Origin: Aureispira sp.
GTDB taxonomy: Bacteria; Bacteroidota; Bacteroidia; Chitinophagales; Saprospiraceae
DNA length: 24,000 bases
Direction of reading: 5' to 3'
NCBI GenBank assembly: GCA_045105775.1
Contig: JBGCDW010000054.1
Span: 27,559 to 51,558 of the forward strand
The translations under genes and the position numbers were made by a program. Shown here piece by piece: positions 1 to 8,828 of the stretch; position 1 is the first letter of the stretch, and every line of letters begins with the position of its first letter. A model generated the notes under the pieces. That model was given only the letters and a program-made list of their open reading frames with translations, was not told the DNA's origin and searched no databases.

Positions 1-1
1 A

Positions 2-706
2 TTGGTTGCTGCTGTCAAAGGCTTGTTGGATGGACTCAACAAACGCCGTGTACTGAGTCCGCGCTGGCGTTCTGCTGTACAAGCAGTGTTAGACATCTAT
101 CTTGGTGCCACTCCCGAAGAATTTACATACCAGGGCAAACGGTATTCCCCTAAGTCCTTTGCACAATATCTAGGCATCAATAGTAGTGATTACATAAGTT
201 TGAGTTCTTACACACATCATCCTTTTTATGAGAATTTCATTTTAGAAATTCCTGATAATTATTCTAATGGACATTATCAAAATGTGCCGCTAACAGAATT
301 GGAGCAAATTGTAGATCATGCCCTAGAAAATGGATTTACCATTGCTTGGGATGGTGATGTGAGTGAGAAAACGTTTAATCATAGCAAAGGCTTGGCCATC
401 TTACCAGCAGATGATACGCGCAAAGATCTCTGGGAAAAACCAGATGCGGAGCAAAAAGTCAGTCAAGAAATGCGTCAATCTACCTTTGAAAGCAAACTTA
501 CTACCGATGACCATTTGATGCACTTGGTGGGATTGGCATATGATGATAAAGGCACCAAATACTACAAAATCAAGAATTCTTGGGGCGATGGCAACAAAAT
601 GGAGGGCTATCTGTATATGTCGCAAGCTTATTTCCAACTCAAAACAGTGGGTATTTTGCTGCACAAAGATGGCATTCCAAAAGGCATTCAAAAAAAGTTT
701 CAATAA
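2..706 (+). CDS. Aminopeptidase C / bleomycin hydrolase family (peptidase C1B), 3' part; gene truncated by window start
   Basis: C-terminal C1B-like sequence: 'KLTTDDHLMHLVGLAYDD' (catalytic His region) and 'YKIKNSWG' (catalytic Asn). Frame is open to the window edge, so the true start is upstream. Confidence 0.85.
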   Translation: MVAAVKGLLDGLNKRRVLSPRWRSAVQAVLDIYLGATPEEFTYQGKRYSPKSFAQYLGINSSDYISLSSYTHHPFYENFILEIPDNYSNGHYQNVPLTELEQIVDHALENGFTIAWDGDVSEKTFNHSKGLAILPADDTRKDLWEKPDAEQKVSQEMRQSTFESKLTTDDHLMHLVGLAYDDKGTKYYKIKNSWGDGNKMEGYLYMSQAYFQLKTVGILLHKDGIPKGIQKKFQ

Positions 707-781
707 AACTTAAATCATAGTTGTTGGGTATACATACACATGGCCCAACAACTATGTATTCTACCGTTACGTTTTCTTATG

Positions 782-1582
782 GACAACACACCACAATACT
801 TTGAGGCAAACCGCCAACTCTGGAACCACAAAGCAAGCCTGCACCCCGATTCTGACTTCTACGATCAAGCTTCCTTTGAACAAGGCAGAAACAGCCTAAA
901 TACTATTGAACTAGAATTATTAGGCCCCGTGCAACAAACTTCAACCCTACATATACAGTGTCATTTTGGACAAGATAGCTTATCCTTGGTGCGTATGGGT
1001 GCCCAAGTAACAGGGGTTGATTTTTCTTCTCAGGCTATTGCAACTGCTCAAGAATTATCTCAACGCCTCAGCTTGCCTGCTCAATTTGTTTGTTGCAATG
1101 TATTGGACATGGATCAACATATTGAAGAGCAGTTTGAACTAGTATTTGCTTCTTATGGTATTTGTGGCTGGTTTCCTGACTTTGGAGCTTGGGCACAGCA
1201 AGCTGCCCAGCGTGTTGCGGTTGGTGGCCGCTTAATTTTGGTAGATTTTCATCCTACTTTATGGATGTTTGACCATGAATTTACCTTCTTACAACATTCT
1301 TATTTTAATAAGGAATTGATTGAGGAAGTAGAAACCACCACTTATACAGGGCAAGCACAGAAAAAGCTTTCTTCTTATGGCTGGAACCACAGTTTGGCTG
1401 CCATCATAACGGCTTTCTTGGATCAAGGGCTCACACTTCAGCAATTCAAGGAGTATGATTATTCGCCTTATCCTTGTTTTTCCAAGGTTGTGGCATGTCC
1501 CAATGGCGGTTATTATATACAGGGTTTGGAAGGTAAATTGCCGATGATTTATGGCTTGGAATTTGTCAAACTTCCTGAATAA
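782..1582 (+). CDS. Class I SAM-dependent methyltransferase
   Basis: ORF 740..1582; likely start at Met 782 ('MDNTPQYFEANRQLWNHK'). Motif I-like 'SLSLVRMGAQVTGVDFSSQAIATAQELS' and 'FELVFASYGICGWFPDFGAWAQQAAQRVAVGGRLILVDFHP'. Confidence 0.85.
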   Translation, partial: DNTPQYFEANRQLWNHKASLHPDSDFYDQASFEQGRNSLNTIELELLGPVQQTSTLHIQCHFGQDSLSLVRMGAQVTGVDFSSQAIATAQELSQRLSLPAQFVCCNVLDMDQHIEEQFELVFASYGICGWFPDFGAWAQQAAQRVAVGGRLILVDFHPTLWMFDHEFTFLQHSYFNKELIEEVETTTYTGQAQKKLSSYGWNHSLAAIITAFLDQGLTLQQFKEYDYSPYPCFSKVVACPNGGYYIQGLEGKLPMIYGLEFVKLPE

Positions 1583-1664
1583 GAGTACTATTTTACAACA
1601 ACAATCGCTCTATTTTTGTTAGTGAATAAGTTATTCATTGGCTACTAATTCTAAAAACTATAAC

Positions 1665-2231
1665 ATGACCTTAGAAGAATACAGACAATTATTTACCAAC
1701 ATATTAGAAGGCCGTTATACCCAAGTTCCCTACGACAATCCTGCTTATCACAATTATGTTAAGCTCAACCTATCGAGAATGAAGCGTTGGACAAAACGAT
1801 CCAAAATTGGCAAAGAATTGGGGGATTTGATTAAACAAATCAATAAACCTCAATACTGGATTATCATTACAGAGCCTTGGTGTGGAGATGCTGCCAACTT
1901 GATTCCTTATTTTGAGAAAATGGCTGCTATCAATCCTATGATTGATGTATCCGTACAATTGCGAGATTCTAACAGCGAGATTGACCAATACCTGACCAAT
2001 GGTGGACGCTCTATTCCGATTGTAATAGCTAGAGGCCAGCGAGGCAAAGATTTGTTTGTTTGGGGGCCACGTCCTGCCCCTGCCCAAGCTTTGGTAATCG
2101 CTCAAAAAGAATCGGATGCGCCCAAAGATGAAAAATATGCAGAAATTTTGCAGTGGTATAAGGAGGATGATGGGGCTACTTTACAAGCAGAAATTATGAC
2201 CTTGTTGCAGGAGGTGCTTTTACAAGAATAA
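1665..2231 (+). CDS. Thioredoxin-like family protein (WCGD-type)
   Basis: ORF 1638..2231, likely start at internal Met 1665. 'YWIIITEPWCGDAANLIPYFEKMA' has a thioredoxin-fold active-site position, followed by 'GGRSIPIVIA' (cis-Pro loop). Confidence 0.75.
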   Translation: MTLEEYRQLFTNILEGRYTQVPYDNPAYHNYVKLNLSRMKRWTKRSKIGKELGDLIKQINKPQYWIIITEPWCGDAANLIPYFEKMAAINPMIDVSVQLRDSNSEIDQYLTNGGRSIPIVIARGQRGKDLFVWGPRPAPAQALVIAQKESDAPKDEKYAEILQWYKEDDGATLQAEIMTLLQEVLLQE

Positions 2232-2272
2232 ATGATAATAGTTGGGTGTTGATAAAATTTAGCTCTGTCTAG

Positions 2273-2518
2273 ACAGATTTTAGGTACTTAAGCAAAGTTT
2301 GTGTCTTATTATTTTATGAAGCATTGAATACATATGCAAAGGAAAAAGTTAGACTTCAAAAAGAAGGCAATTTAATTCCTGATTTTGACTTATTGATAGG
2401 AACAACAGCTACGAACAACCATTTAATTTTGGTTACGAATAATGAAAAACACATGAACAGAATTAGTAACATCTGCATCAAAAATTGGAAAAAAGATTCT
2501 GATATAAATTTCTCATAA
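2273..2518 (+). pseudogene. Remnant of a PIN-domain (VapC-type) toxin, C-terminal part only
   Basis: In-frame translation after the TAG at 2270: 'LFYEALNTYAKEKVRLQKEGNLIPDFDLLIGTTATNNHLILVTNNEKHMNRISNICIKNW'. It matches the typical VapC C-terminal pattern (YAxxKxxLxxxGxxIxxxDLLIAxxAxxxxxxLVTNNxxxFxRxxxLxxxNW). N-terminal half is absent and there is no ATG start. Confidence 0.6.
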
Positions 2519-2757
2519 TATCTACTCCTACAATACCACAAAAAAACAAAAACATGAGTATAGAAATATCAGGAGAAGCAGACAGGTGTATAAGGAGAGG
2601 GTATTTTTAAGAAAATCACAATTGCTTGCATTTTTAATGAGAACTAAAAAATTAGAACACTCATTAGTTTGTGGTAATCATTGTATTAAGTTGTATAACT
2701 GTGTGCAGAGATGGGCATATGAATTCTAAGGGTAAGCAAATTGGTTTTTCAGGAGCT

Positions 2758-2777
2758 GTTTTTTGCTGGCAAAAAAC
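2758..2777. repeat. 9-bp perfect inverted repeat (gttttttgc-tg-gcaaaaaac)
   Basis: Direct reading of sequence; arms 2758-2766 and 2769-2777. Confidence 0.6.
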
Positions 2778-2874
2778 AAAACTTTTATTGTTTGAGCGAT
2801 AGCGAGTTTAAAAGTTTTAGCGGATGAAAAGGCTGTTTGCCCCTTAGAAGTCATCAAGCCCTAGCGTTTTTTTG

Positions 2875-2908
2875 CTTACTTTTTTGGGGCAATTGCCAAA
2901 AAAGTAAG
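2875..2908. repeat. 13-bp perfect inverted repeat (cttacttttttgg-ggcaattg-ccaaaaaagtaag)
   Basis: Direct reading; arms 2875-2887 and 2896-2908. Could be an intergenic repeat or a bidirectional terminator. Confidence 0.7.
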
Positions 2909-3064
2909 ACCACTAAAGCCAAATACAAGGTATAAGATTTTGATTACCAAAGCTTTGAAAAGCCAAGAGTACATCAATATTAAAGAATCATAACTTACAA
3001 TAAAAAAACATGAGTCACCCCCAACTTAAGGGATGACTCATATTCCACTATCTGATAATGGGGA

Positions 3065-3589
3065 CTATTTCTTGAATGAAATAGACATGCTAGAACCTTT
3101 AGCCATTTCTTCGATGTTCATTCCCTCTGTGCCTCTTAGTGCATCTGGGTACTTTTCTTTTACTTGTGCTAAGATTTCCTCTGCGGTCATAGAAACCGTG
3201 AATTTGTCTCCACTTACTTCAGAAATAGTAAGATCAACATCCACTTTTTCGCCTTCCATATCACCACTTAGATTCAATTTTGAACCATCAAAGGTGTAAT
3301 TCATCTCTTCTGTTTTTTCTTCTCCTACTTTAGAAAGAATGACCTTACCAGCTTCTGTAAACTCGATGGTAACATCGTCTGATTGTTCTTCACCTTGCTT
3401 CACTAAGCCATCTTTTTGGCCTTCTACCATAGCTTTCATAGGTGCAGGCACCCCATCTCCCAATACTAAGTCCAAAGAGCTTAGATCTACATGCCACTTA
3501 CCTACTAGTCCAGCACCCGATCCGCCACAAGAAACTATTAATAAAGCAGCAATAGAAACAATTGTTAATAATTTGAATACACTTTTCAT
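3065..3589 (-). CDS. Hypothetical lipoprotein, possibly lipocalin-like
   Basis: 174-aa ORF with lipoprotein signal 'MKSVFKLLTIVSIAALLIVSCGGSG' (lipobox LIVSC) and a 'GKWHVDLSSL...VTIEFTEAGKVILS...YTFDGSKLNLSG' pattern. Confidence 0.75.
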   Translation of the reverse strand: MKSVFKLLTIVSIAALLIVSCGGSGAGLVGKWHVDLSSLDLVLGDGVPAPMKAMVEGQKDGLVKQGEEQSDDVTIEFTEAGKVILSKVGEEKTEEMNYTFDGSKLNLSGDMEGEKVDVDLTISEVSGDKFTVSMTAEEILAQVKEKYPDALRGTEGMNIEEMAKGSSMSISFKK

Positions 3590-3869
3590 GTTTTTGTTTT
3601 ATTTGGTTATTCAGTAGCTGCTATTTTAGCCTATTTTTTTGAAGATTGCAATTTTTAGGTCATAAACTTGCCCAAAAATCATTCTATTTTCTTAACTAAT
3701 AAAAGTTATCACGTATACCGTTTCATTCGTGATAAGGTCTAATGTATGCTATATAATAGGAAGTGTTCGGCGAAATGTATTTAAACTCCTGTGAAATGTT
3801 TAGGTGATTCTTTTTTGCAGCCACTACTTTTGTAGTATCAATTTATTTAAACAACTTCAATAAACAAAT

Positions 3870-4775
3870 ATGGCAAAGACAAAATGGGATGCCAATAATA
3901 TCCCCAATCAAGAAGGAAAAATTATTGTTATTACTGGTGCAAGCAGTGGCTTAGGCAAAGAAGCTGCTAGAGTATTGGCTGGCAAAAAAGCCAAAGTAAT
4001 TATGGCGGTTAGAAACATAGAAAAAACAGCCAAAGTAGCACAAGCGATCAAACAGGAATTTCCTGATGCACAATTGGATATTCGGAAATTAGATCTAAGT
4101 AGCCTAGCATCGGTCAAAAATTTTGCGGATGGTATTCTTGCTGATTATACTCGTTTGGATGTTTTAATCAACAATGCAGGAGTTATGCTTACCCCTGATA
4201 ACAAAACAGTAGATGGCTTTGAATTACAAATGGGGGTGAATCATTTTGGACATTTTGCACTCACAGGACATCTATTGCCCTTGTTGCAACAAACCAAGGA
4301 CGCTAGAATAATAGCCACTTCTAGTGTAGCGCATCGATACGGAGACATCAATTTTGAAGACATCAATTGGGAAAAACGTTCACACAACAGTGCCAAAGCC
4401 TATAGTGATAGTAAATTGGCCAATTTGTACTTTGCTTATGAGTTGGTCCATCGTTTGCAAAATACCCCTAATGCACCCTTGGTGGTAGCGGCACACCCTG
4501 GGTATACCAACACTGACTTGCAACAAAATAGTTTGTTTTGGAGAGCATTAAATCCTATTGTAGCACAAAGTGTAGCGATGGGCACACTACCAACACTACG
4601 GGCAGCCATTGATCCCAATGCTAAAGCGGGGGAATTTTATGCTCCTACAGGTTTCTTAGAAATAAAAGGTTATCCTGTGGTGGTAAAATCTAATAATAGA
4701 TCGTATAATAAGACCCATGCAAAACAACTCTGGGAATTATCAGAAACGCTAACAGGTGTTCAGTATTCATTCTAA
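3870..4775 (+). CDS. Short-chain dehydrogenase/reductase (retinol dehydrogenase/WWOX-like SDR)
   Basis: 'IVITGASSGLGKEAARVLA' (TGxxxGxG), 'LDVLINNAGVM' (NNAG), and 'YSDSKLANLYFAYEL' (YxxxK active site). Confidence 0.93.
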   Translation: MAKTKWDANNIPNQEGKIIVITGASSGLGKEAARVLAGKKAKVIMAVRNIEKTAKVAQAIKQEFPDAQLDIRKLDLSSLASVKNFADGILADYTRLDVLINNAGVMLTPDNKTVDGFELQMGVNHFGHFALTGHLLPLLQQTKDARIIATSSVAHRYGDINFEDINWEKRSHNSAKAYSDSKLANLYFAYELVHRLQNTPNAPLVVAAHPGYTNTDLQQNSLFWRALNPIVAQSVAMGTLPTLRAAIDPNAKAGEFYAPTGFLEIKGYPVVVKSNNRSYNKTHAKQLWELSETLTGVQYSF

Positions 4776-4794
4776 TTCACTCAACTAATATATT

Positions 4795-5706
4795 ATGTCT
4801 AACTTTCTTCACATTGAGAGTATTGCACAAGTGCATCATTTGTTTAACTTAGGCAAACCATTACATCCTCTCATTACTATTATACGAGAATGGCCTACTA
4901 TTGATTTTGATTTTTCCTCTGCCAAAATGACCAGTCATTTGTATCTCATTGGTATGAAGGGAAATGTCCAGGGCACTTTTCATTATGGTAAAAACACCTA
5001 TGACTACGAAGAGGGAACACTGGCTTTTTTGGCTCCTAATCAGGTAACGGCTTTTGAAAATACCAGCAATAATCCTGAAATCGAGAAAGGTGGTTGGAAC
5101 ATTATTTTTCACCCCGATCTCATCCGAAAATCTGCATTGGGCAAAACCATTAAGGACTATTCTTTTTTTGATTATAGTCTAAATGAGGCGTTGCATGTGG
5201 CCGACAAGGAAAAACAAACGCTCAACAGCTTGGTCAATTCCATCGAATTAGAACTTGACCAAAACATTGACCAACATTCGCAAGATATTATTATTGCTAA
5301 TCTGGAAACACTTCTTAAATATTGTAAACGGTATTACAACCGCCAATTCTATACTAGAACAAATTTGCACAAAGATCACATTATCAAATTTGAACAATAC
5401 CTCAAAGATTATTTTGCTTCGGATGAATTGCTCGAAAAGGGTTTGCCAACACTCACCCAATGTGGCAATGCCTTAAACATGTCGGGAAGTTACCTGAGTG
5501 ATTTGCTCAAGGTAGAAACAGGCAGAAGTGCCAAAGATCATATTCACAGTTATATCATAGAACAAGCCAAAACACTACTGCTGACCTCCAATACTTCTGT
5601 TAGCAACATCGCTTACGATTTAGGTTTTGAGTACCCACAACATTTTTCCAAGTTATTTAAGAACAAAGTAGGAACAACCCCTTCGGCTTTTCGCAAATTA
5701 AATTAA
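4795..5706 (+). CDS. AraC-family transcriptional regulator
   Basis: C-terminal HTH: 'LTQCGNALNMSGSYLSDLLKVETGRSAKDHIHSYIIEQAKTLLLTSNTSVSNIAYDLGFEYPQHFSKLFKNKVGTTPSAFRK'. Starts 20 nt after the SDR gene. Confidence 0.92.
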   Translation: MSNFLHIESIAQVHHLFNLGKPLHPLITIIREWPTIDFDFSSAKMTSHLYLIGMKGNVQGTFHYGKNTYDYEEGTLAFLAPNQVTAFENTSNNPEIEKGGWNIIFHPDLIRKSALGKTIKDYSFFDYSLNEALHVADKEKQTLNSLVNSIELELDQNIDQHSQDIIIANLETLLKYCKRYYNRQFYTRTNLHKDHIIKFEQYLKDYFASDELLEKGLPTLTQCGNALNMSGSYLSDLLKVETGRSAKDHIHSYIIEQAKTLLLTSNTSVSNIAYDLGFEYPQHFSKLFKNKVGTTPSAFRKLN

Positions 5707-5825
5707 ATAACGCAATGCTTAACACGGTGTGTTTTTCAAACAACTTCTAAGAATGTCTAATAAAATCAACGATTTTTTAAGTTTTTTTTGCACATTACTG
5801 CCCAATTATCTACAGACAACTACTT

Positions 5826-6992
5826 ATGAAAGACTGGACAGAAATATTGTTGCATCTAGGAGAAGATACACCTTTTAACTCCAAACCCATTGTTCCTCCT
5901 ATTGTACAATCTTCTAATTTTGGTTTTAGCTCTGTGGGGGAATTTAGAGCCGCCTTCAAAAACGAGCAAGCAGCACACTTATATACCAGAGGCAACAACC
6001 CTACGGTAGAAATTGTACGCAAAAAAATTGCGGCCTTAGAGGGCAGTGAAGATGCCTTGTTGTTTGCCAGTGGTTCGGCGGCCATTGCTGCGGCCATTAT
6101 GGGGCAGGTTGCTAGTGGCGATCATGTAGTTTGTGTGCAAAAGCCTTACAACTGGACCTATCTGTTATTACAAGATTACTTGGCGCGTTTTCAGGTGACG
6201 GTTACGTTTGTGGATGGGCGTAGCATAGAAGAGATAGCCCAAGCCATTCAACCCAATACCAAGGTCTTGATGTTGGAAAGCCCCAATTCTTTGACCTTTG
6301 AATTGCAAGACTTAAACGCTTGTGCGGCATTGGCCCAACAACAGGGTTTGGTGAGTATTATTGACAATAGTTACTGTAGTCCTTTTTATCAAAATCCTAT
6401 TGATTATGGGATTGATTTGGTCGTCCATTCTGGTACAAAGTATTTGGGAGGGCACAGTGATGTGGTTTTTGGAGTGGTCTGTGGTTCCAAAGCATTGATT
6501 AAGCCTTTGTTTCATGCCGAATACATGACCTTAGGAGCCTGCCTATCGCCCCATGATGCTTGGCTGGTTTTGCGTAGTTTGAGAACCTTGCCCTTGCGTA
6601 TGCGACAAATTTCGGCCACGACCCAGCAGGTCATTGCCTTTCTAAAGCAACATCCCAAAGTAGATTATATTTTGTACCCACTGGATGAGAATTTTCCTCA
6701 ATACGAATTGGCAAAAGCACAAATGCGTGGTGCTGGCGGCTTATTCTCGGTCAATTACAAAGGAAAATCCATTGAACAAATGGAAAAATTCTGTGATGCC
6801 TTGAGTGCTATTTTCCAAATGGCAGTTTCTTGGGGTGGGCATGAAGCTCTACAAATTCCCACTTGTACCTTTTATAATATTGAAGGCAAAACTCCTCCTC
6901 CTCTGCCCTTTACCTTTGTCCGCTATTACATTGGTTTAGAGGAGCCTGAATACTTAATCAAACATCTAGACAACGCCTTAAAGTTATTGTAA
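5826..6992 (+). CDS. Cys/Met metabolism PLP-dependent enzyme (cystathionine gamma-synthase / beta-lyase / methionine gamma-lyase family)
   Basis: 'YTRGNNPTVEIVRKKIAALEG', 'SGSAAIAAAIMGQVASGDHVV', 'VDNSYCSPFYQNPIDYGIDLVVHSGTKYLGGHSDVVFG' (PLP Lys in SGTKY). Exact substrate cannot be assigned. Confidence 0.92.
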   Translation: MKDWTEILLHLGEDTPFNSKPIVPPIVQSSNFGFSSVGEFRAAFKNEQAAHLYTRGNNPTVEIVRKKIAALEGSEDALLFASGSAAIAAAIMGQVASGDHVVCVQKPYNWTYLLLQDYLARFQVTVTFVDGRSIEEIAQAIQPNTKVLMLESPNSLTFELQDLNACAALAQQQGLVSIIDNSYCSPFYQNPIDYGIDLVVHSGTKYLGGHSDVVFGVVCGSKALIKPLFHAEYMTLGACLSPHDAWLVLRSLRTLPLRMRQISATTQQVIAFLKQHPKVDYILYPLDENFPQYELAKAQMRGAGGLFSVNYKGKSIEQMEKFCDALSAIFQMAVSWGGHEALQIPTCTFYNIEGKTPPPLPFTFVRYYIGLEEPEYLIKHLDNALKLL

Positions 6993-7132
6993 AAGGTGTA
7001 GTGCCAATTGCTAACTTTCACTCCAAAGTACATTTGTAATCTTCTTACAAAAAGTGTATATTGTTGTATGGATAAAACAAGGATTATGACATCTTAAGCC
7101 TTATTATTATAACTAAATAACATTGAAGCACT

Positions 7133-8197
7133 ATGTGGAGAGATTTAAAATATTTGGGGGCTTATAGCATTCCCTTGGCTACAGCCCATGCCCTGTATGC
7201 ACAAGGTTTTTGGTCGTTTAATGGCCTTCTTGTAGCGTTTGTATTGGTTCCCTTGTTAGAGTTCTTTTTTAAAGGCAATACGGATAATTTAGAAGAGGAA
7301 GAAGAACAAAACCAAAACAATAAATGGGTGTTTGATTTGATTTTGTATTTGAATGTGCCCATGCTAATGACCATTGCTATCGGTTATTTTTATGTCTTAT
7401 CAACCGCCTCACTAGAGCTGTATGAAACCATAGGACTAACGATTACCACAGGTATTTATTTGGGTGGCGTTGGTATCAATGTAGCACACGAATTGGGACA
7501 TCGCCAAGAGTGGTTTCCGCGCCTAATGTCCAACGCACTGCTCTTACCCAACTTGTATTTGCATTTTAGTATTGAGCACAACAACGGGCATCATGTGAAT
7601 ATTGCTACCCCCAAAGATCCTGCTTCTTCTCGCTACAACGAACCCATTTACACCTTTTGGCTTCGTTCAGTCATTTTCAGTTATTTATCTGCTTGGAGTA
7701 TAGAGGCACGTCGCTTACGCCAACAAGGCCACGCTCCTTTTTCTTGGCGCAATAGAATGATTTACTTACAATTGATTCAATTGGTTTATGTGGTTGGTAT
7801 TTGCATGGTCTTTAGTTGGGCCATGTTCCCTTTTATTATCATCGTTGCCATCATTGGCTTTTTGATGTTAGAAACCGTAAATTACATTGAGCACTATGGG
7901 CTACAGCGTCGCCAATTGGATTCTGGCCGTTATGAACCTGTGCAACCTTGGCATTCTTGGAATTGCAACCACGATATTGGCCGTATCTTGTTGTATGAAC
8001 TAACACGCCATTCTGACCACCATTACAAAGCCAGCCGAAAATATCAAGTCTTGCGCCACTTTGAAGAAGCCCCACTCCTTCCTTGGGGCTACCCAACCGC
8101 TATGCTTATTGCTTTGGTTCCGCCCTTGTGGTTTCGTTTGATGAACCCTAAAGTCGATCAGTTCAATCAACAATTGGCACAACACTTAGCAGATTAG
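7133..8197 (+). CDS. alkB: Alkane 1-monooxygenase-like integral-membrane non-haem di-iron hydroxylase
   Basis: Histidine boxes 'HELGHR', 'EHNNGHH' and 'RHSDHHY', plus 'NYIEHYGLQRR'; multiple hydrophobic segments. Confidence 0.88.
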   Translation: MWRDLKYLGAYSIPLATAHALYAQGFWSFNGLLVAFVLVPLLEFFFKGNTDNLEEEEEQNQNNKWVFDLILYLNVPMLMTIAIGYFYVLSTASLELYETIGLTITTGIYLGGVGINVAHELGHRQEWFPRLMSNALLLPNLYLHFSIEHNNGHHVNIATPKDPASSRYNEPIYTFWLRSVIFSYLSAWSIEARRLRQQGHAPFSWRNRMIYLQLIQLVYVVGICMVFSWAMFPFIIIVAIIGFLMLETVNYIEHYGLQRRQLDSGRYEPVQPWHSWNCNHDIGRILLYELTRHSDHHYKASRKYQVLRHFEEAPLLPWGYPTAMLIALVPPLWFRLMNPKVDQFNQQLAQHLAD

Positions 8198-8378
8198 ATA
8201 ATAATGGCTACCAAGCACTTTTAGAGCGTTTGATAGCCATTTAGCTTAGGGCTTGCTTTGTCTTGATCCTCCAGTGCTAAAACATTATCCATAAATACCT
8301 GACATTTTTATACTTAATTCCCACTAAAAGAAAGATATTTACAGGCAATTTTCACATCACCTAGTTTTCTTACCAATT

Positions 8379-8828
8379 ATGATCAACGCCACTGAGCAAG
8401 CCTATTTGAGTAAATTATTGGCCGAGTCCGAGCAACAATTTCGTTACTATCTGACGATGGCTGCTGTTATCATTATTTTAAGCTGGGGTTTGTACTTTGC
8501 CTTGCGCCGTCCAGGGGCGATGATTATTGCCCTTATTTTGTCTGTGGGCTTGTGGTATTATCCTTGGCGTTATTTTCAGAAAGCGCAACTCTTGCGTTTA
8601 GATTTAGAAGAACAGGAAAAAATTACCCTTACAACCACTATTTATGATAAAAAAATTAGTAAAATCAATCGTTTACAACCCTATTATTATTGCTATACCG
8701 ATGAAGAGGATTTTGAAGTGAATCAAGCCCTTTACAACAGCATTCAAGTACCACAACAAGCCACGATTACCTACGCCCCCAACTCTGGCACCATCCTTCA
8801 CATTGCTCCAGCCAACGCTCCTTCTTAA
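8379..8828 (+). CDS. Hypothetical membrane protein with two N-terminal TM segments
   Basis: 149-aa ORF with hydrophobic 'MAAVIIILSWGLYFAL' and 'GAMIIALILSVGLWYY'. Stop codon overlaps the ATG of the next gene (TAATG). Confidence 0.65.
   Translation: MINATEQAYLSKLLAESEQQFRYYLTMAAVIIILSWGLYFALRRPGAMIIALILSVGLWYYPWRYFQKAQLLRLDLEEQEKITLTTTIYDKKISKINRLQPYYYCYTDEEDFEVNQALYNSIQVPQQATITYAPNSGTILHIAPANAPS

Noticed and set aside
1638-2231. Classical CxxC thioredoxin
   Set aside because: The active site reads WCGD with only one Cys at that position, so disulfide oxidoreductase activity of the classical type should not be assumed. I retained only a thioredoxin-like family call.
3033-3617. Plus-strand ORFs opposite the lipoprotein gene (3033..3299, 3339..3617)
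   Set aside because: The minus-strand 174-aa frame has a textbook lipoprotein signal and coherent sequence. The opposing frames look like shadow ORFs.
401-6515. Minus-strand ORFs opposite confirmed genes (401..703, 1770..2105, 3908..4117, 4861..5112, 5810..6097, 6312..6515)
   Set aside because: They are fully or largely antisense to strongly supported coding sequences and show no recognisable motifs.
8204-8260. 8-bp inverted repeat aatggcta ... tagccatt after the AlkB-like gene
   Set aside because: The stem is short, the loop is long (~24 nt) and there is no T-run, so it is not distinguishable from chance.
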